From Mobula hypostoma (lineage: Eukaryota), in contig NC_086097.1 of assembly GCF_963921235.1 (NCBI RefSeq), forward strand, positions 96,226,001 to 96,290,000: a stretch of DNA of 64,000 nt, written 5' to 3'. Position numbers and translations under genes: made by a program. Under the pieces are notes generated by a model, which saw only the letters and a program-made list of their open reading frames with translations, did not search any database and was not told where the DNA came from. This document shows, piece after piece, positions 26,801 to 40,300 of this stretch. The first letter of the stretch is position 1; the number at the start of each line of letters is the position of its first letter.

Positions 26801-28905
26801 GGTATGTGAAGAGGAAAAAATTAGTTAAGACCAAAGTTGGGCCCTTGAAGACAGAAGCCGGTGAAATTATTATGGGGAACAAGGAAATGGCAGATGAGCT
26901 GAACAGGTACTTTGGATCTGTCTTCACTAGGGAAGACACAAACAATCTCCCAGATGTAATAGTGGCCAGAGGACCTAGGGTAACAGAGGAACTGAAGGAA
27001 ATTCGCATCAGGCACAAAATGGTGTTGGGTAAACTGATGGGACTGAAGGTTGATAAATCCCCAGGCCTGATGGACTGCATCCCAGCATACTTAAGGAGGT
27101 GGCTCTAGAAATCGTGGACGCATTGATAATCACTTTCCAGTGTTCTATAGATTCAGGATCAGTTCCTGCGGATTGGAGGGTAGCTAATGTTATCCCACTT
27201 TTTAAGAAGGGAGGGAGAGAGAAAACAGGCAATTATAGACCAGTTAGTCTGACATCAGTGGTGGGGAAGATGCTGGAATCAATTATAAAAGATGTAATAA
27301 CGGCATATTTGGATAGCAGTGGCAGGATTGGTCCGAGTCAGCATGGATTTATGAAGGGGAAATCATGCTTGACTAATCTTCTGGAATTTTTTGAGAATGT
27401 AACTATGAAAATGGACTTGGGAAAGCCAGTGGATGTAGTGTACCTGGACTTTCAGAAAGCGTCTGATAAGGTCCCACATAGGAGGTTAGTGTGCAAAATT
27501 AGAGCAAATGGTATTGGGGGTAGGGTACTGACATAGATAGAAAATTGGTTGGCAGACAGGAAACAAAGAGTAGGGATTAATGGGTCCTTTTCAGAATGGC
27601 AGGCAGTGACTAGTGGGGTACCGCAAGGCTCGGTGTTGGGACCACAGCTATTTACAATATACATTCATGATTTAGATAAAGGAATTAAAAGTAACATTAG
27701 CAAATTTGCAGATGACACAAAGCTGGGTGGCAGTGTGAAATGTGAGAAGGATGTTATGAGAATGCAGGGAGACTTGGACAGGCTGGGTGAGTGGGCAGAT
27801 GCAGTTTAATGTAGATAAATGTGAGGTTATCCACTTTGGTGGCAAGAACAGGAAGGCAGATGACTATCTGGATGGTGTCAAGTTAGGAAAAGGGGAAGTA
27901 CAGCGAGATCTAGGCGTCCTTGTTCATCAGTCACTGAAAGTAAGCATGCAGGTACAGCAGGCAGTGAAGAAAGCTAATGGCATGCTGGCCTTCATAACAA
28001 GGGGAATTGAGTATAGGAACAAAGAGGTCCTTCTGCAGTTGTACAGGGCCCTGGTGAGACCACACCTGGAGTATTGTGTGCAGTTTTGGTCTCCAAATTT
28101 GAGGAAGGACATTCTAGTTATTGGGGGAGTGCAGCATAGGTTCACGAGGTTAATTCCCGGGATGGCGGGACTGTCATATGTTGAAAGATTGGAGCGACTG
28201 GGGTTGTATACACTGGAATTTAGAAGGATGAGAGGGGATCTGATTGAAACATGTAAGATTATTAAGGGATTGGACACGCTAGAGGCAGGAAACATATTCC
28301 CGATGTTGGGGGAGTCCAGAACCAGAGGCCACAGTTTAAGAATAAGGAGTAGACAATTTAGAACAGAGTTGAGGAAAAACTTTTTCACACAGAGGGTTGT
28401 GGTTCTGTGGAATGCTCTACCTCAGAAGGCAGTGGAGGCCAATTCTCTGGATTCTTTCAAGAAAGAGTTAGATAGAGCTCTTAAAGATAGTGGAGTGAAG
28501 GGATATGGGGAGAAGGCAGGAAAAGGGTACTGATTGTGGATGATCAGCCACGATCACAGTGAATGGTGGTGCTGGCTCGAAGGGCTGAATGGTCTACTCC
28601 TGCACCTATTGTCTATTGTCTCTTTAATGCCAGCACATCCTTTCTTTGATGAGGAACCCAAAAGTGTTCACAATACTCAAGGTGAGTCCTCACCAGTGCC
28701 TTATAAAGCCTCAGCATCATATCCCTGCTCTTGTATTCTGGACCTCTTGAAACGAAAGCTAACGTATTTGTTGCGCTCATCACCGACTCAGCCTACAAGT
28801 TAACCTTTAGGGTGTTCTGCACGAGGACTCCCAAGTCACTTTGCATCTCAGATGTTTGGATTTTTCTTCCTGTTTAGAAAACAGTCTTCACATTTAATTC
28901 TACTA
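23828..28905 (-). mobile_element. CR1 3' fragment (-) split into 23828-24342 and 28621-28905
   Basis: ccataagaccataaggccataagac tail at about 23826-23850; ORF 23746-24198 (FFSQRV..LWN.LP); continuation after 28621. Confidence 0.8.
24343..28620 (+). mobile_element. Full-length CR1 LINE (ORF1 zinc finger/esterase plus ORF2 APE-RT), lightly disabled
   Basis: Flanking direct repeat tcttta (24337-24342 and 28621-28626). ORF1 has CAACMMWE...YKCGKC, VVVGDSIVRG, VVVHVGTND, DGLHLN. ORF2 is in pieces from 25706 to 28533. Tail tattgtctattgtc. Confidence 0.95.
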
Positions 28906-29445
28906 CTGCGAATGAAAGGGTTAACATATCAATAGCGTTTGGCACCTTTGAGCCTGTGCTCATTGGAATTTAGAAGAATGTGGTGGGGGTGGGGGGAATC
29001 TCATTGAAACTTACCGAATGTTGAAAGAATTAGATAAGGTGGATATGGACAGGGTGTTTCCTATGGTGGGGGTATCCAGAACCAGAGGGCACAGCCTCAA
29101 AATTGAGGGACGATATTTTAGAACAAAGGTAAGGAGGAATTTTTTTAGCCAGACAGTGGTTAATCTGTGGAATGCTGCGGTGGAGGCCAAATCTGTGGGT
29201 ATATTTAATGTGGAAGTTAATAGATTCCTGATCGGTCAGGGCATCAAAGGATATGGTGAGAAGGCAAGTGCATAGGGTTGAGTGGGATCTGGGATCAGCC
29301 ATGATGAAATGGCACAGCAGACTCGATGGGTTGAATGGCCTAATTCTGCTCCTATGTCTTATGGTCTTATTGACAGTGAGGCTGCGATCAAGGGTTAGCA
29401 TAGGATTCAAAGCTCAGATATTAGTAGGGATGGAAATGGCATATA

Positions 29446-29976
29446 CACTCAGTAGTCATTTTATTAGGTAAAGGAGGTAAGTGGTTTGTTTGCAGTTTTC
29501 TGCTGCTGTAGCCCATCTACTTCCATGTTCAACATGGTGTGTGTTCAGAGATGCTCTTCTGCACATGACTCTTGTAACGTGTGTTATTAGAGGTTACTGT
29601 CACTTTTCTGTGAGCTTGAACTAGTCTGGCCATTCTCCTCTGACCTCTCTCATTAACAAGGCTTTTTCACCCATAGAACTGCTGCTCACAGGACGATTTT
29701 TGTTTTGCACACCATGGTCTGTAAATTCCAGAGATGTTGAGTGTGAAAGTTCCAGGAGATCAGCAGCTTCTGTGACACTCAAACTACTTTGTCTGGCACC
29801 ACCAATCATTCCACAGTTAAAATCACTTAAGTCACATTTCTTCCCAGTTCTGATTGGCCTGAACAACATGAACCTCTTGGCCATGTTATGTGCTGAGTTG
29901 CTGCCATGTGATTGGCTGATCAAATATTTGCATTAACAAGGTGTACAGGTGTACCTAATAAAGTGGCCACTGAATG
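29446..29976 (-). mobile_element. Non-autonomous Tc1-like element with a transposase N-terminal remnant
   Basis: TIRs cactcagtagtcattttattaggta / tacctaataaagtggccactgaatg; minus ORF GKKCDLSDFNCGMIGGARQSSLSVTEAADLL resembles the Tc1 helix-turn-helix start. Confidence 0.8.
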
Positions 29977-30129
29977 CAAAATCACAAGTGTACATCTACT
30001 ATGTTTAGATTAACAGGAGCTGGGAGACCATTGAATGAATAATCATATAAATTTTGAATTCCATTTGTTGGTGGATTGAGAATAAGTTGACGAATATTTT
30101 GTGAAAGATAAAGGAAAGCAATGTTGCAA

Positions 30130-30600
30130 AGGTATTGAAGATATCAGGTAGTGCGGCCCAAAATCAAAAAAGGCATCAAAAAGTAAGTTTCCAAAAACCT
30201 ATTACTTGCGGCTTTGTGGCAAATGAAACCTGGGTCAAAGGAGGTGAAACAAAATTTACCACTGGTGGCTACAATCTATTCAGGAGAAGTAGTATAAAAA
30301 ATCCTACTATAGTACTTGAAGATTCAAACATAGACTCCGTGGTTACAGTCAAGAAATAAGACTGTGCTTTTTAGACTGCTGCTATATTCTATGGAACCAC
30401 TAAATCATGGGAAAGTTATTGTGGAGCAAATCTGCAAGCAAATTTGGAAAGAGGTGTAAACAATTAATAATAATATTAGGTACGGATTCAATTATTCTAA
30501 TATAGATTGGGTAAAAACATTAATGCTAGGATGTAGAGAAATTCCTTAATTGTATGTTGGACTTCCATGACCTGCATGTTTCTTGCCTGAGGAAAGAAAT
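30130..30600 (+). mobile_element. Highly decayed CR1 endonuclease-region fragment
   Basis: VANETWVKGGE...GGYNLFRR, and downstream ttcaattattctaatatagattgg (FN.P.IDW-like). Confidence 0.5.
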
Positions 30601-30933
30601 TAAAAGGAAATAATAAAAACATGTAGTAGTTAGCTTTGAAAGCTCTAATACTTCCAAACATTTTAAACACTTACAAAATCTAACATAACAGTGCATTAGA
30701 ACTTTATAAAGGTAGGAGATTAAGATTAAAAAAAATATGAAGCTAAAGTCTTTTCACTTTAAGAAACTCTCATTCAAAGGCCAGCTATGTGTTTTTGCAT
30801 CTGACACTGTCCTTTGCAGCATGCTCAGAGTGTAAGTGCAAGCAAAGTACTCCTTATCTTTTCAAGAGCAAACTCCATGAGGTGGACTTCGAGCATAGTC
30901 AGCTGCCCTCAGTAACTTTAAATCAGATCTCAC

Positions 30934-31032
30934 CTTTAAGAAATTCTTCAGAGCTTCATCAATGGTGGATCTTGGAGGTGTTCCATAGAAAGTAGCTGCC
31001 GCCTTCCTTTCGATCCATCCTAATTGTGCTAC
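30934..31032 (-). CDS. RMDN3: RMDN-family coding exon (fourth from last): [33 protein letters not shown]
   Basis: 99 nt, phase 0-0. Acceptor tttcccttgaag|GTA, donor AAG|gtgaga. Peptide matches the RMDN C-terminal motif L.W.E.K.A......P...T..EAL.NFLK and joins in frame to the three exons below. The paralogue call (RMDN3 vs RMDN2) is from remembered sequences and is less certain than the family call. Confidence 0.88.
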
Positions 31033-32454
31033 CTTCAAGGGAAAGTTAAAGGATATAGCAACATTACTATAAATTAAACCTAACATTTCTCATCCAATTT
31101 GTCCTCTAAACTCCAGTTCATGACACCATCATGTCTCTTTACAGATTCTACATTTAAAACAATGCTAAATGCTACCTTCCTAAAACTGATCAATGTAAAA
31201 ACACTTCAGTCTAACACGCTGAGAGTTCATATTATTTTGAATTACACTCCCAACAAGGATATCCATGGAAATGCAGGATTAAGTTCTAGAATGGACAACA
31301 CTCAATCTGTCGGTTTTGTCCTGGAATCTTGATAATGCCTTTCCTCCCACAGATGCTACATGATCTTCGGAGTTTTCCTGCACCTAGTTTGTTGCTTCGA
31401 TTTTTATAACTTGTTTACCACATTTCTGCTTCTCATAACCTTAGCACAGTGACAGAGCAGCTGTAAAATACAACTCCTATTGATTTATTTTCACTTTGAT
31501 TATAACTCTGATAGGAATTACTAATATACTTGTGTCATATGAGGCAACTAACAAAATAAGAAATATATTTCAACAAACTTGCATAACTGCAAATATACAA
31601 ATTAGCAGTAATAAGCTACTCAGCCCCTATCTTTAATAAGATCCACATTTCCACGTGTATGTGGAAGGTTCTGCCTCCTAACGGCAACTCCTTTGCTTGT
31701 ATCTTCGGAAATAGCTCTATTTCTATCTTTAATATCTCTATTTTTCCTTTTCAGGGTTCTTTTGAAGACCCTGACCTGGAGTTACACGCTGACTTATACG
31801 CTAGCTCTAGATTTCCCACAAGAGGAAATATAGTCACCACATCACTGTCTCAAGACCCAGTGCCTCTACCTCCCCCATCAAACCAATAAGATCCCCTTCT
31901 CCATCTCACCTTTTTTGCGGGACACTGAATATCAATATTAGATCATGAAAGCAATTAAAAAAGAAAACTAAGGTATTTCTGTCCTTAATGATACTGAAGA
32001 GAAAATAAGATGAAACTTTACTGAAAAAATACTGAGAAAAAGAAGGTTGAATGTTTTTGCTATAAACAGTGTTGTTGTTGGCAGTCAGTTTAGATAAAAG
32101 ATCAGATGGCTCCATTAAGCAGGGAATCTGTTGTCTGTCAAATCTGACAACAGTGGTTACTCGTTCAGTGAGAAAACACAAGTCAATGTAACTGTTTAGA
32201 ATATGCCTATGGCTTGGCTGAAAACTGCATTCTCAGCTGGTGACAACTGGTGCTGGCTTGAAAGCACCTCATGGGAGGCCAAAACTGAGCATGCATATGT
32301 GGGAAAAATGTAATTCTTTAATTAATGGAGTAGCCAAGGGCTAATGCATTGATAAACCCAATGATGTCAACCTAGAAAAGCAGCTGACATTAATGGCATC
32401 TATAGTTTCATGACAAGCTCAGGATTTGACCTATCATTTCTTACTTTTGGTATC

Positions 32455-33610
32455 TGTCCATAGGGAGATGGCTGGGAACGGACCCAAGTGCAAGACACAG
32501 ATACTGAAGTACTAGGGACAGGACTAGGATACAGGGTGAGGGCTAGGACATGGACACGAAAGCTGGGAACCCGGAACAGGACTGGACAAGAGAGCTAGGA
32601 GCCCGGGCTTGGACTCTGAGCCAGAGACTGGACAAGGACCCATAACCTGGGTCTTGCCTCTGGCTCAGACCCTAGAACTAGGCAAGGACGTGACTTGGCT
32701 GGCAGGCAGGACGAGGCTTGGGACCAGAGACTTGAGGCGAAGCTTGGGACCAGAGACTTGAGGCGAGGCTGGAGACTAGAGGCTTGAGGCTTGGGGTCTT
32801 GAAGCTTGGCTTGAGGCTCGGCTCGGCTAGAGGCTTGGGGTCTTGAAGCTCCTCCTGGGCAGGGCGTGGATCTCCACCCGACGGAGGCAAGGCACAGAAA
32901 GGGTCAGGACCCACCGCAGGGTAACGGCAATCTGGCCTGGCTTACCCAACGGAGGCAAGGGGCAGGAAGGGACAGGACCCACCGCAGGGTAACGGCAATC
33001 TGGTCTGGCTTACCCGACGGAGGCAAGGGACAGGAAGGGACAGAACCCACCGCAGGGTAACGGCAATCTGGCCTGGCTTACCCGACGGAGGCAAGGGACA
33101 GAACCCACTGCAGAGTAACGGCAATCTGGCCTGGCTTACCCGACGGAGGCAAGGGACAGGAAGGGACAGAACCCACCGCAGGGTAACGGCAATATGGCCT
33201 GGCATACCCGACAGAGGCAAGGGACAGGAAGGGACCTAGATATAGTGTGGTTCCAAGACAAGACTTCAGGTGAGACAAGGCGAGAGTTACCAGCAAGACA
33301 AGGCAAGGCTTCAGGCAATGCAAGGCGAGACAAGAACTTCGGGCGAGGCGAGAGTTACCGGCAAGACAAGGCAAGGCTTCAGGTGAGGAAACAGAAGGCA
33401 GGGGAAGGAATACAAGGAGTAAGGACAAGAACAATCCAGCATCCACGCCCTGGTTTCTGGAGGTATTTATGCAGCCAGCCCCAACGAAAATCAGCTGCCT
33501 CAATTAGCGCTCAAGAGGAACAGAAACAGGGTAGACAGGAAAACCTGGAACAAGGGTCGATGGACCGGACCGTGAACCGGAATGCGGACTTCACAGACCA
33601 GACCATGACA
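32455..33610 (-). mobile_element. Solo LTR (Gypsy-like) containing minisatellite arrays, copy 2, inverted relative to copy 1
   Basis: TGT...ACA termini; perfect 5-bp TSD gtatc (32450-32454 and 33611-33615); reverse-complement homology to 20851-21960. Confidence 0.88.
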
Positions 33611-33615
33611 GTATC

Positions 33616-34130
33616 CTCAATTGCTAGCTTACCTTCATATTTCATCTTTTTTCACTTACTGTTTTTTTCATTGCTTTCTGTTGTTTTTACAAGCTTCCCA
33701 ATCCTCTAGCTTTTAACTAATTATTGCTCTACTGTAAGCTCTCTCTTTTGCTCTTTGTCTTTGACTTCCCCTTGTCAGCCACATTTGCCTCATCTGCCCT
33801 TTAGAATATTTCTTCTTTGGGATGTTTCTACCCTGCGCCTTCTAAATTGCTCCCAGAAACTTCAGCCATTGCTGTTTTGCTGTCATCTCGGCTAGTGTCC
33901 CCTTTCAATCTTCTCTCATACCTCTGTAACTCCCTTTACTCCACTGTAATACTGATACATTTGATTTTAAATCCTCCCTCTTAAATTGCACAGCGAATAC
34001 CATGTTATGATCATGAGTCCCAAAGGGTTCCTTTACCTTAAGTTCTGTAATCAAATCTGGTTCATTACACAACACCCAATTCAGAATTGTCTTTTCTGTT
34101 GTGGGTTCAACCACAAGCTGCACTAAAGAG
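33616..34130 (-). mobile_element. Older CR1 fragment (end of the APE domain)
   Basis: VVEPTTEKTILNWVLCNEPDLITELKVKEPFGTHDHN in ORF 33905-34177. Confidence 0.75.
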
Positions 34131-37100
34131 CCATAGGACATAGAAAGATACAGCACATTACAGGCCCTTTGGCCCACAATGTTGTGCTGACCATGTACTC
34201 TAGAAACTGCCTAGAACTTCCCTACCTCATAGTCCTCTGGTTTTCTAAGCTCCATGTACCAATCTAAGAGTTTCTTAAAAGACCCTATTATATCTGCCTT
34301 TACCACTTTCACTGGCAGTGCATTCCATGTACCCACCACTCTCTGTGTGAAAAACTTCCTCTGACATCCCCCTTGTACCTACTTCCAAGCACCTTAAAAC
34401 TATGCCCCCTCGTGTTAGCCATTTCAGCCCTGGGAAAAAGCTATCCACTCGGTCAATGCCTCTCATCATCTTATACACCTCTATCAGGTCACCTTTCAGC
34501 CCCCATTGCTCCAAGGATAAAAGGCCAAGTTCACTCAACCTATTCTCATAAGGCATGCTCTCCAATCCAGGCAACATCCTTGTAAATCTCCTCTGCACTA
34601 TCTCTATAGCATCCACATCCTTCCTGTAATGAGATGACCAGGACTGAACACAGAACATCAAGTGGGGTCTAACTAAGGTCTTATACAGCTGTAATATTAC
34701 CTCATGGCTCTTGAACTCAATCCCACGGTTGATGAAGGCCAACACACCATAGGCCTTCTTAACAACACTGTCAATCTGCGCAGCAGCTTTGAGTTTCCTA
34801 TGGACACGGACCCCAAGATCTCGCTTATCCTCAACACTGCCAAGAGTCTTACCATTAATATTGATAATCTGTCTTCAAATTTGACCTACCAAAATGAACC
34901 AATTCACACTTACCTGGTTTGAACTCCATCTGCCACTTCTCAGTCTAGTTCTGCAACCTACTGATGTCACACTGTAACCTCTGACAATCCTCCAGACTAT
35001 CCACAACACCCCTAACTTTTGTATCATCAGCAAACTTACTAACCCACCCTTCTACTTCCTCCATCTAGGTCATTATAAAATTACAAGGAGGAGGGATCCC
35101 AGAATAGATGCCTGTGGAACACCACTGGTCACTGTCCTCCATGCAGAATATGAACCATCCACAATATCATGAAGACCCTGGAGAGACTTGTTCTGGAGCT
35201 GCTCTGGCCTATGGTCAGGCCACACTTAGATCCCCTCCAGTTTTCCTACCAGCCCCGACTAGGAGTTGAGGATGCCATTGTCTTCCTGCTGAACCGTGTC
35301 TACGCCCACCTGGACAAGCCAGCGAGCACTGTGAGGGTCATGTTTTTTGACTTCTCCAGTGCGTTCAACACCATCTGCCCTGCTCTGCTGGGGGAGAAGC
35401 TGACAGCAATGCTGGTGGATGCTTCCCTGATATCATGGATTCTTGATTACCTGACTGGCAGACCACAGTACCTGTGCTTGCAACACTGTGTGTCCGACAG
35501 AGTGATCAGCAGCACTGGGGCTCCACAGGGGACTGTCTTGTCTCCCTTTCTCTTCACCATTTACACCTCGGACTTCAAATACTGCAAAGAGTCTTGTCAT
35601 CTTCAGAAGTTTTCGGATGACTCTGCCATAGTTGGATGCATCAGCAAGGGAGATGAGGCTGAGTACAGGGCTACGGTAGGAAACTTTGTGACATGGTGTG
35701 AGCAGAATTATCTGCAGCTTAATGTGAAAAAGACTAAGGAGCTGGTGGTAGACCTGAGGAGAGCTAAGGTACCGGTGACCCCTGTTTCCATCCAGGGGGT
35801 CAGTGTGGACATGGTGGAGGATTACAAATACCTGGGGATACGAATTGACAATAAACTGGACTGGTCAAAGAACACTGAGGCTGTCTACAAGAAGGGCCAG
35901 AGCCGTCTCTATTTCCTGAGGAGACTGAGGTCCTTTAACATCTGCTGGACGATGCTGAGGATGTTCTACGAGTCTGTGGTGGCCAGTGCTATCATGTTTG
36001 CTGTTGTGTGCTGGGGCAGCAGGCTGAGGGTGGCAGATACCAACAGAATCAACAAACTCATTCGTAAGGCCAGTGATGTTGTGGGGATGGAACTGGACTC
36101 TCTCACGGTGGTGTCTGAAAAGAGGATGCTGTCTAAGTTGCATGCCATCTTGGTCAATGTCTCCCATCCACTACATAATGTACTGGGTGGGCACAGGAGT
36201 ACATTCAGCCAGAGACTCATTCCACCGAGATGCAGCACTAAGCGTCATAGGAAGTCATTCCTGCCTGCGGCCATCAAACTTTACAACTCCTCCCTTGGAG
36301 GGTCAGACACCCTGAGCCAATAGGCTGGTCCTGGATTTATTTCATAATTTACTGGTGTAATTTACATATTACTATTTAACTATTTATGGTTCTATTACTA
36401 TTTATTATTTATGGAGCAACTGTAACGAAAACCAATTTCCCCCGGGATTAATAAAGTATGACTATGACTATGACTACCCTTTGCTTCTGTGGTCAAGCCA
36501 GTTCTGGATCCACAAAGCAAGGTCTCTTCGGATCCCATGCCTCATTACTTTCTGAATGAGCCTCATATGGGGAACCTTATCAAATGCCTTACTGAAATCT
36601 ATATACACTACATCCACTGCTCTACCCTCATCAATGTGCTTTGCCACATACTCAAAGAATTCAATCAGGTTTGTAAGGCCCTTGACAAAGCCATGCTGAC
36701 ATAATTTGATGTCACTCCAAATGCTCATAAATCCTACCTCTCAGGATCTTCTCAAACAACTTGCCCACCACTGAGGTAAGACTCATTGGTCTATAATTTC
36801 TTGGGTTATCTCTACTCCCTTTCTTGAACAAGGGAATGTTGGCAACCTTCCGGTCCTCCGGTACTGCTCCCATCCCTATTGATGATGCAAAGATCATCAC
36901 CAGAAGCTCAGCAATCTTCTCCTTTGCCTCCCACAGTATCGTCCAGTCCGGCGACTTATCTAACTGAATAGTTTTCAAAAGCTCCAGCACATCCTCTTTC
37001 TTAATGTCTATACATTCAAGCATTTCAGTCTGCTTTAAGTAATCCCCACAATTGTCAAGGTCCTTTTCACTGGTGAATACTGAAGCAAAGTATTTCTTAA

Positions 37101-37335
37101 GACCTCCACTACCTCCTCTGGCTCCATGCACGTTTCCACTCTCACTCCTGATTGCTCCTATTCTCACATGGCTCATCCACTTGCTCTTCACATACTTATA
37201 GAATGCCATGGAGGTTTCCATAATTCTGCTCGTCAAGACCTTTTCATGGCCCTTTCTAGCTTTCCTAATTTCATTCTTGAGCTCCTTCCTGGCACCCTTG
37301 TAATTTTTTGAGCTTTAACAGTATCCAGTTTCTTA
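34131..37335 (-). mobile_element. CR1 (5'-truncated), interrupted by the Rex1 element
   Basis: ccataggacatagaaa tail at 34131; ORFs 34275-34745, 36474-36728 and 36712-37236 carry CR1 RT motifs. Confidence 0.88.
35165..36476 (+). mobile_element. Rex1-type LINE, 5'-truncated, with an uninterrupted 384-aa RT/C-terminal ORF
   Basis: ORF 35169-36323 ([50 protein letters not shown]); aataaa followed by a (tatgac)3 tail; host CR1 resumes on both sides. Confidence 0.93.
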
Positions 37336-40300
37336 GAACCATAGAAACATAGAACACTACAGTACAGAAAACAGGCCATTTGGCCCTTCTAGTCTGTGCC
37401 GAAACTTTATTCCGCTAGTCCCATTGACCTGCACCCAGTCAATAAGGCTCCGGACCTCTCCCATCCATGTATCTATCCAACTAATTCTTAGAACTTAAGA
37501 GTGAGCCCGCATTTACCAGGTCAGGTGGCAGCTCCTTCCATACTCCCACCACTCTCTGAGTGAAGAAGTTCCCCTAAACCTTTCCTCTTTCACCTAAAGC
37601 CATGTCCTCTCGTATTTATATCTCCTAATCTAGTGGAAAGAGCCTACTCACATTTACTCTGTCTATACCCCTCATAATTTTGTAAACTTCTATGAAATCC
37701 CCCCTCATTCTTCTATGCTCCAAGGAATAAAGTCCCAGCCTGTTCAATCTTTCCCTGTAACTCAACTTCTGAAGATCCAGCAACATCCTAGTAAATCTCC
37801 TCTGCAGTCTTTCAATCTTACTGATATCCTTCCTACAGTTAGGTGACCAGAACTGCACACAATACTCCAAATTTGGCCTTACCAATGTCTTATACAACCT
37901 CACCATAACATCCCAACTCCTACACTCAATACTTTGACTTATGAATGCCAGGATGCCAAAAGCCTTCTTTACAACCCTGTCTACCTGTGACGCCACTTTC
38001 AGGGAATTATGTATCTGAACTCCCAGATCCCTTTGTTCCTCCGCACTCCTCAGTGCCCTACCATTTACTGTGTATGTCCTATCTTACTTTGTCCTTCCAA
38101 AATGCAACACCTCACACTTGTCTGCATTAAATTCCATCTGCCATTTTCTGGCCCATTTTTCCAGTTGGTCCAGATCCCTCTGCAAGCTTTGAAAGCCTTC
38201 CTCGCTATCCACAACGCCTCCAATCTTAGTGTCATCTGCAAACTTGCTGATCCAAATTTACCACATTATCATCTAGATCATTGATACAGACAACAAACAA
38301 CAATGGTCCCAAGCACAGATCCTGGAGGAACACCACTAGTCACAGGCCTCCAGTCTGAGAAGCAATCATCCACTACCACTCTCTGTCTTCTCCCACACAG
38401 CCAATTTGGAATCCAGTTTACAACCTCTCCATGGATACCCAGTGTCTGAAGCTGCTGAACTAACCTCCCATGTGGGACCTTGTCAAAGGCCTTACTAAAG
38501 TCCATGTAGACAACATCCACAGCCTTTCCTTCATCTACTTTCCTGGTAACCTCCTTGAAAAATTCTACAAGATTCGTTAAACACAATCTACCAAGCACAA
38601 AGCCATGCTGACTATCCTTAATCAGCCCTTGGCTGTCCAAATACTTGTATATCCGATCTCTCAGAACACCTTCCAATAATTCACCTACAACTGATGTCAG
38701 ACTCACCGATCTGTAATTACCTGGTTTACTTTTGGAGCCTTTTTTAAACAACGGAACAACATGAGCTACCCCCCAATCCTCTGGCACCACACCTGTGGCT
38801 TACAGACATTTTAAATATTTCTGCCAGGGCCCCTGCAATTTCTACACTAGTCTCTCTCAAGGTCCGAGGAAATATCACGCCAGGCCCAGGGAATTATCTA
38901 CCTTTATTCGCTGTAAGGCAGCAAGCACCTCCTCCTCTTTAATCTTTATATGTTCCATGACATTATTGCTTGTTTCTCTTCCTTCCATATACACTATGCC
39001 AGTTTCCTGAGTAAATACTGATGCAAAAAACTGTTTAAGATCTCCCCCATCTCGTGCGGCTCCACACATAGACGACCACTCTGATCTTCTAGGGGACCAA
39101 TTTTGTCCCTTATTATCTCTTTACTCTTAATATAATTGTAGAAACCCTTCGGGTTTACCTTCACATTATCTGCCAAAGCAACCTCATGTCTTCTTTTTGC
39201 CTTCCTGATTTCCTTCTTTAGTATTTTCTTACATTTTCTATACTCTTGAAGTACCTCATTTGTTCCTTGTTGCCTATACCTGCTATACACCTCTCTCTTT
39301 TTCTTAACCAGATCGCCAATATTCCTTGAAAACCAAGGTTCCCTATGCCTGTTAACTTTGCCTTTAATCCTGGTAGGAACATGCAAACTCTGCACTCTCA
39401 AAATTTCGCCTTTGTAGGCCTTCCACTTACTGAACACATCCTTGTCAGAAAACAACTTATCCCAATCCACTATTCCTAGAATCTTTCTCATTTCCACAAA
39501 ATTGGCCCTTCTCCAATTTAGAACCTTAACTCGAGGACCAGACCTATCCTTACCATAATTAACTTGAAACTAATGACATTATGGTCACTTGACCCAAAAT
39601 ATTCGCCTACACGTACTTCTGTCACCTGACCTGTCTGGGTCCCTAATAGGAGATCAAGTATTGCATCTTCTCTCGTAGGTACCTCTATATATTGATTTAG
39701 AAAACTTTCCTGAACACATTTGACAAACTCCAAGCCATCTAGCCCTTTCACAGTGTGGGACTCCCAGTAAATGTGGAAAGTTAAAATCCCCTACTATTAC
39801 AACTTTCTGTTTCTTACATTGGTCTGCTATCACTCTACAGATCTGCTCCTCCAATTCTCTAACCATTGGGAGGTCTATAATACAACACTATTAGTGTGGT
39901 CACACCTTTCCCATTCCTCAGCTCCACTCATACGGCCTCTGTAGACAAACCCTCCGTGCTGTCCTGTCTATGCACAGCTGTGATATTTTCCCTAACTAGT
40001 AATGCCACTCCTCCCCCTTTCATCCCTCCCCCTCTGTCACGTCTGAAACAACGGAACCCCGGAACATTAAGCTGCCCCTCCTGCAACCAAGTCTCACTAA
40101 TAGCAATAATGTCGTAATCCCACGTGCCAATCCACACCCGAAGCTCATTTGCCTTACCTACAATACTCCTTGCATTGAAATAGATGCATCTGAGCACATT
40201 TCTATTACGTACAAACTTTTGATTTCCGTCTATACATGCAGTCCTCACATGACCTTTATCCTCCTCCACCTCACTATCTGCTCCAACACTCTGGTTCCCC

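Larger units (their letters stand above)
23055..29370 (+). mobile_element. Older CR1 (+) split into about 23055-23827 and about 28910-29370 by nested insertions
   Basis: DVIYLDFQKAFDKV...KFADDTK ORFs at 23069-23620; sequence resumes at about 28910 and ends in a tatgtcttatggtctta tail. Confidence 0.8.

Noticed and set aside
31906..32010. Strong minus-strand acceptor near 31994 as the next RMDN exon
   Set aside because: The downstream translation has no RMDN similarity.
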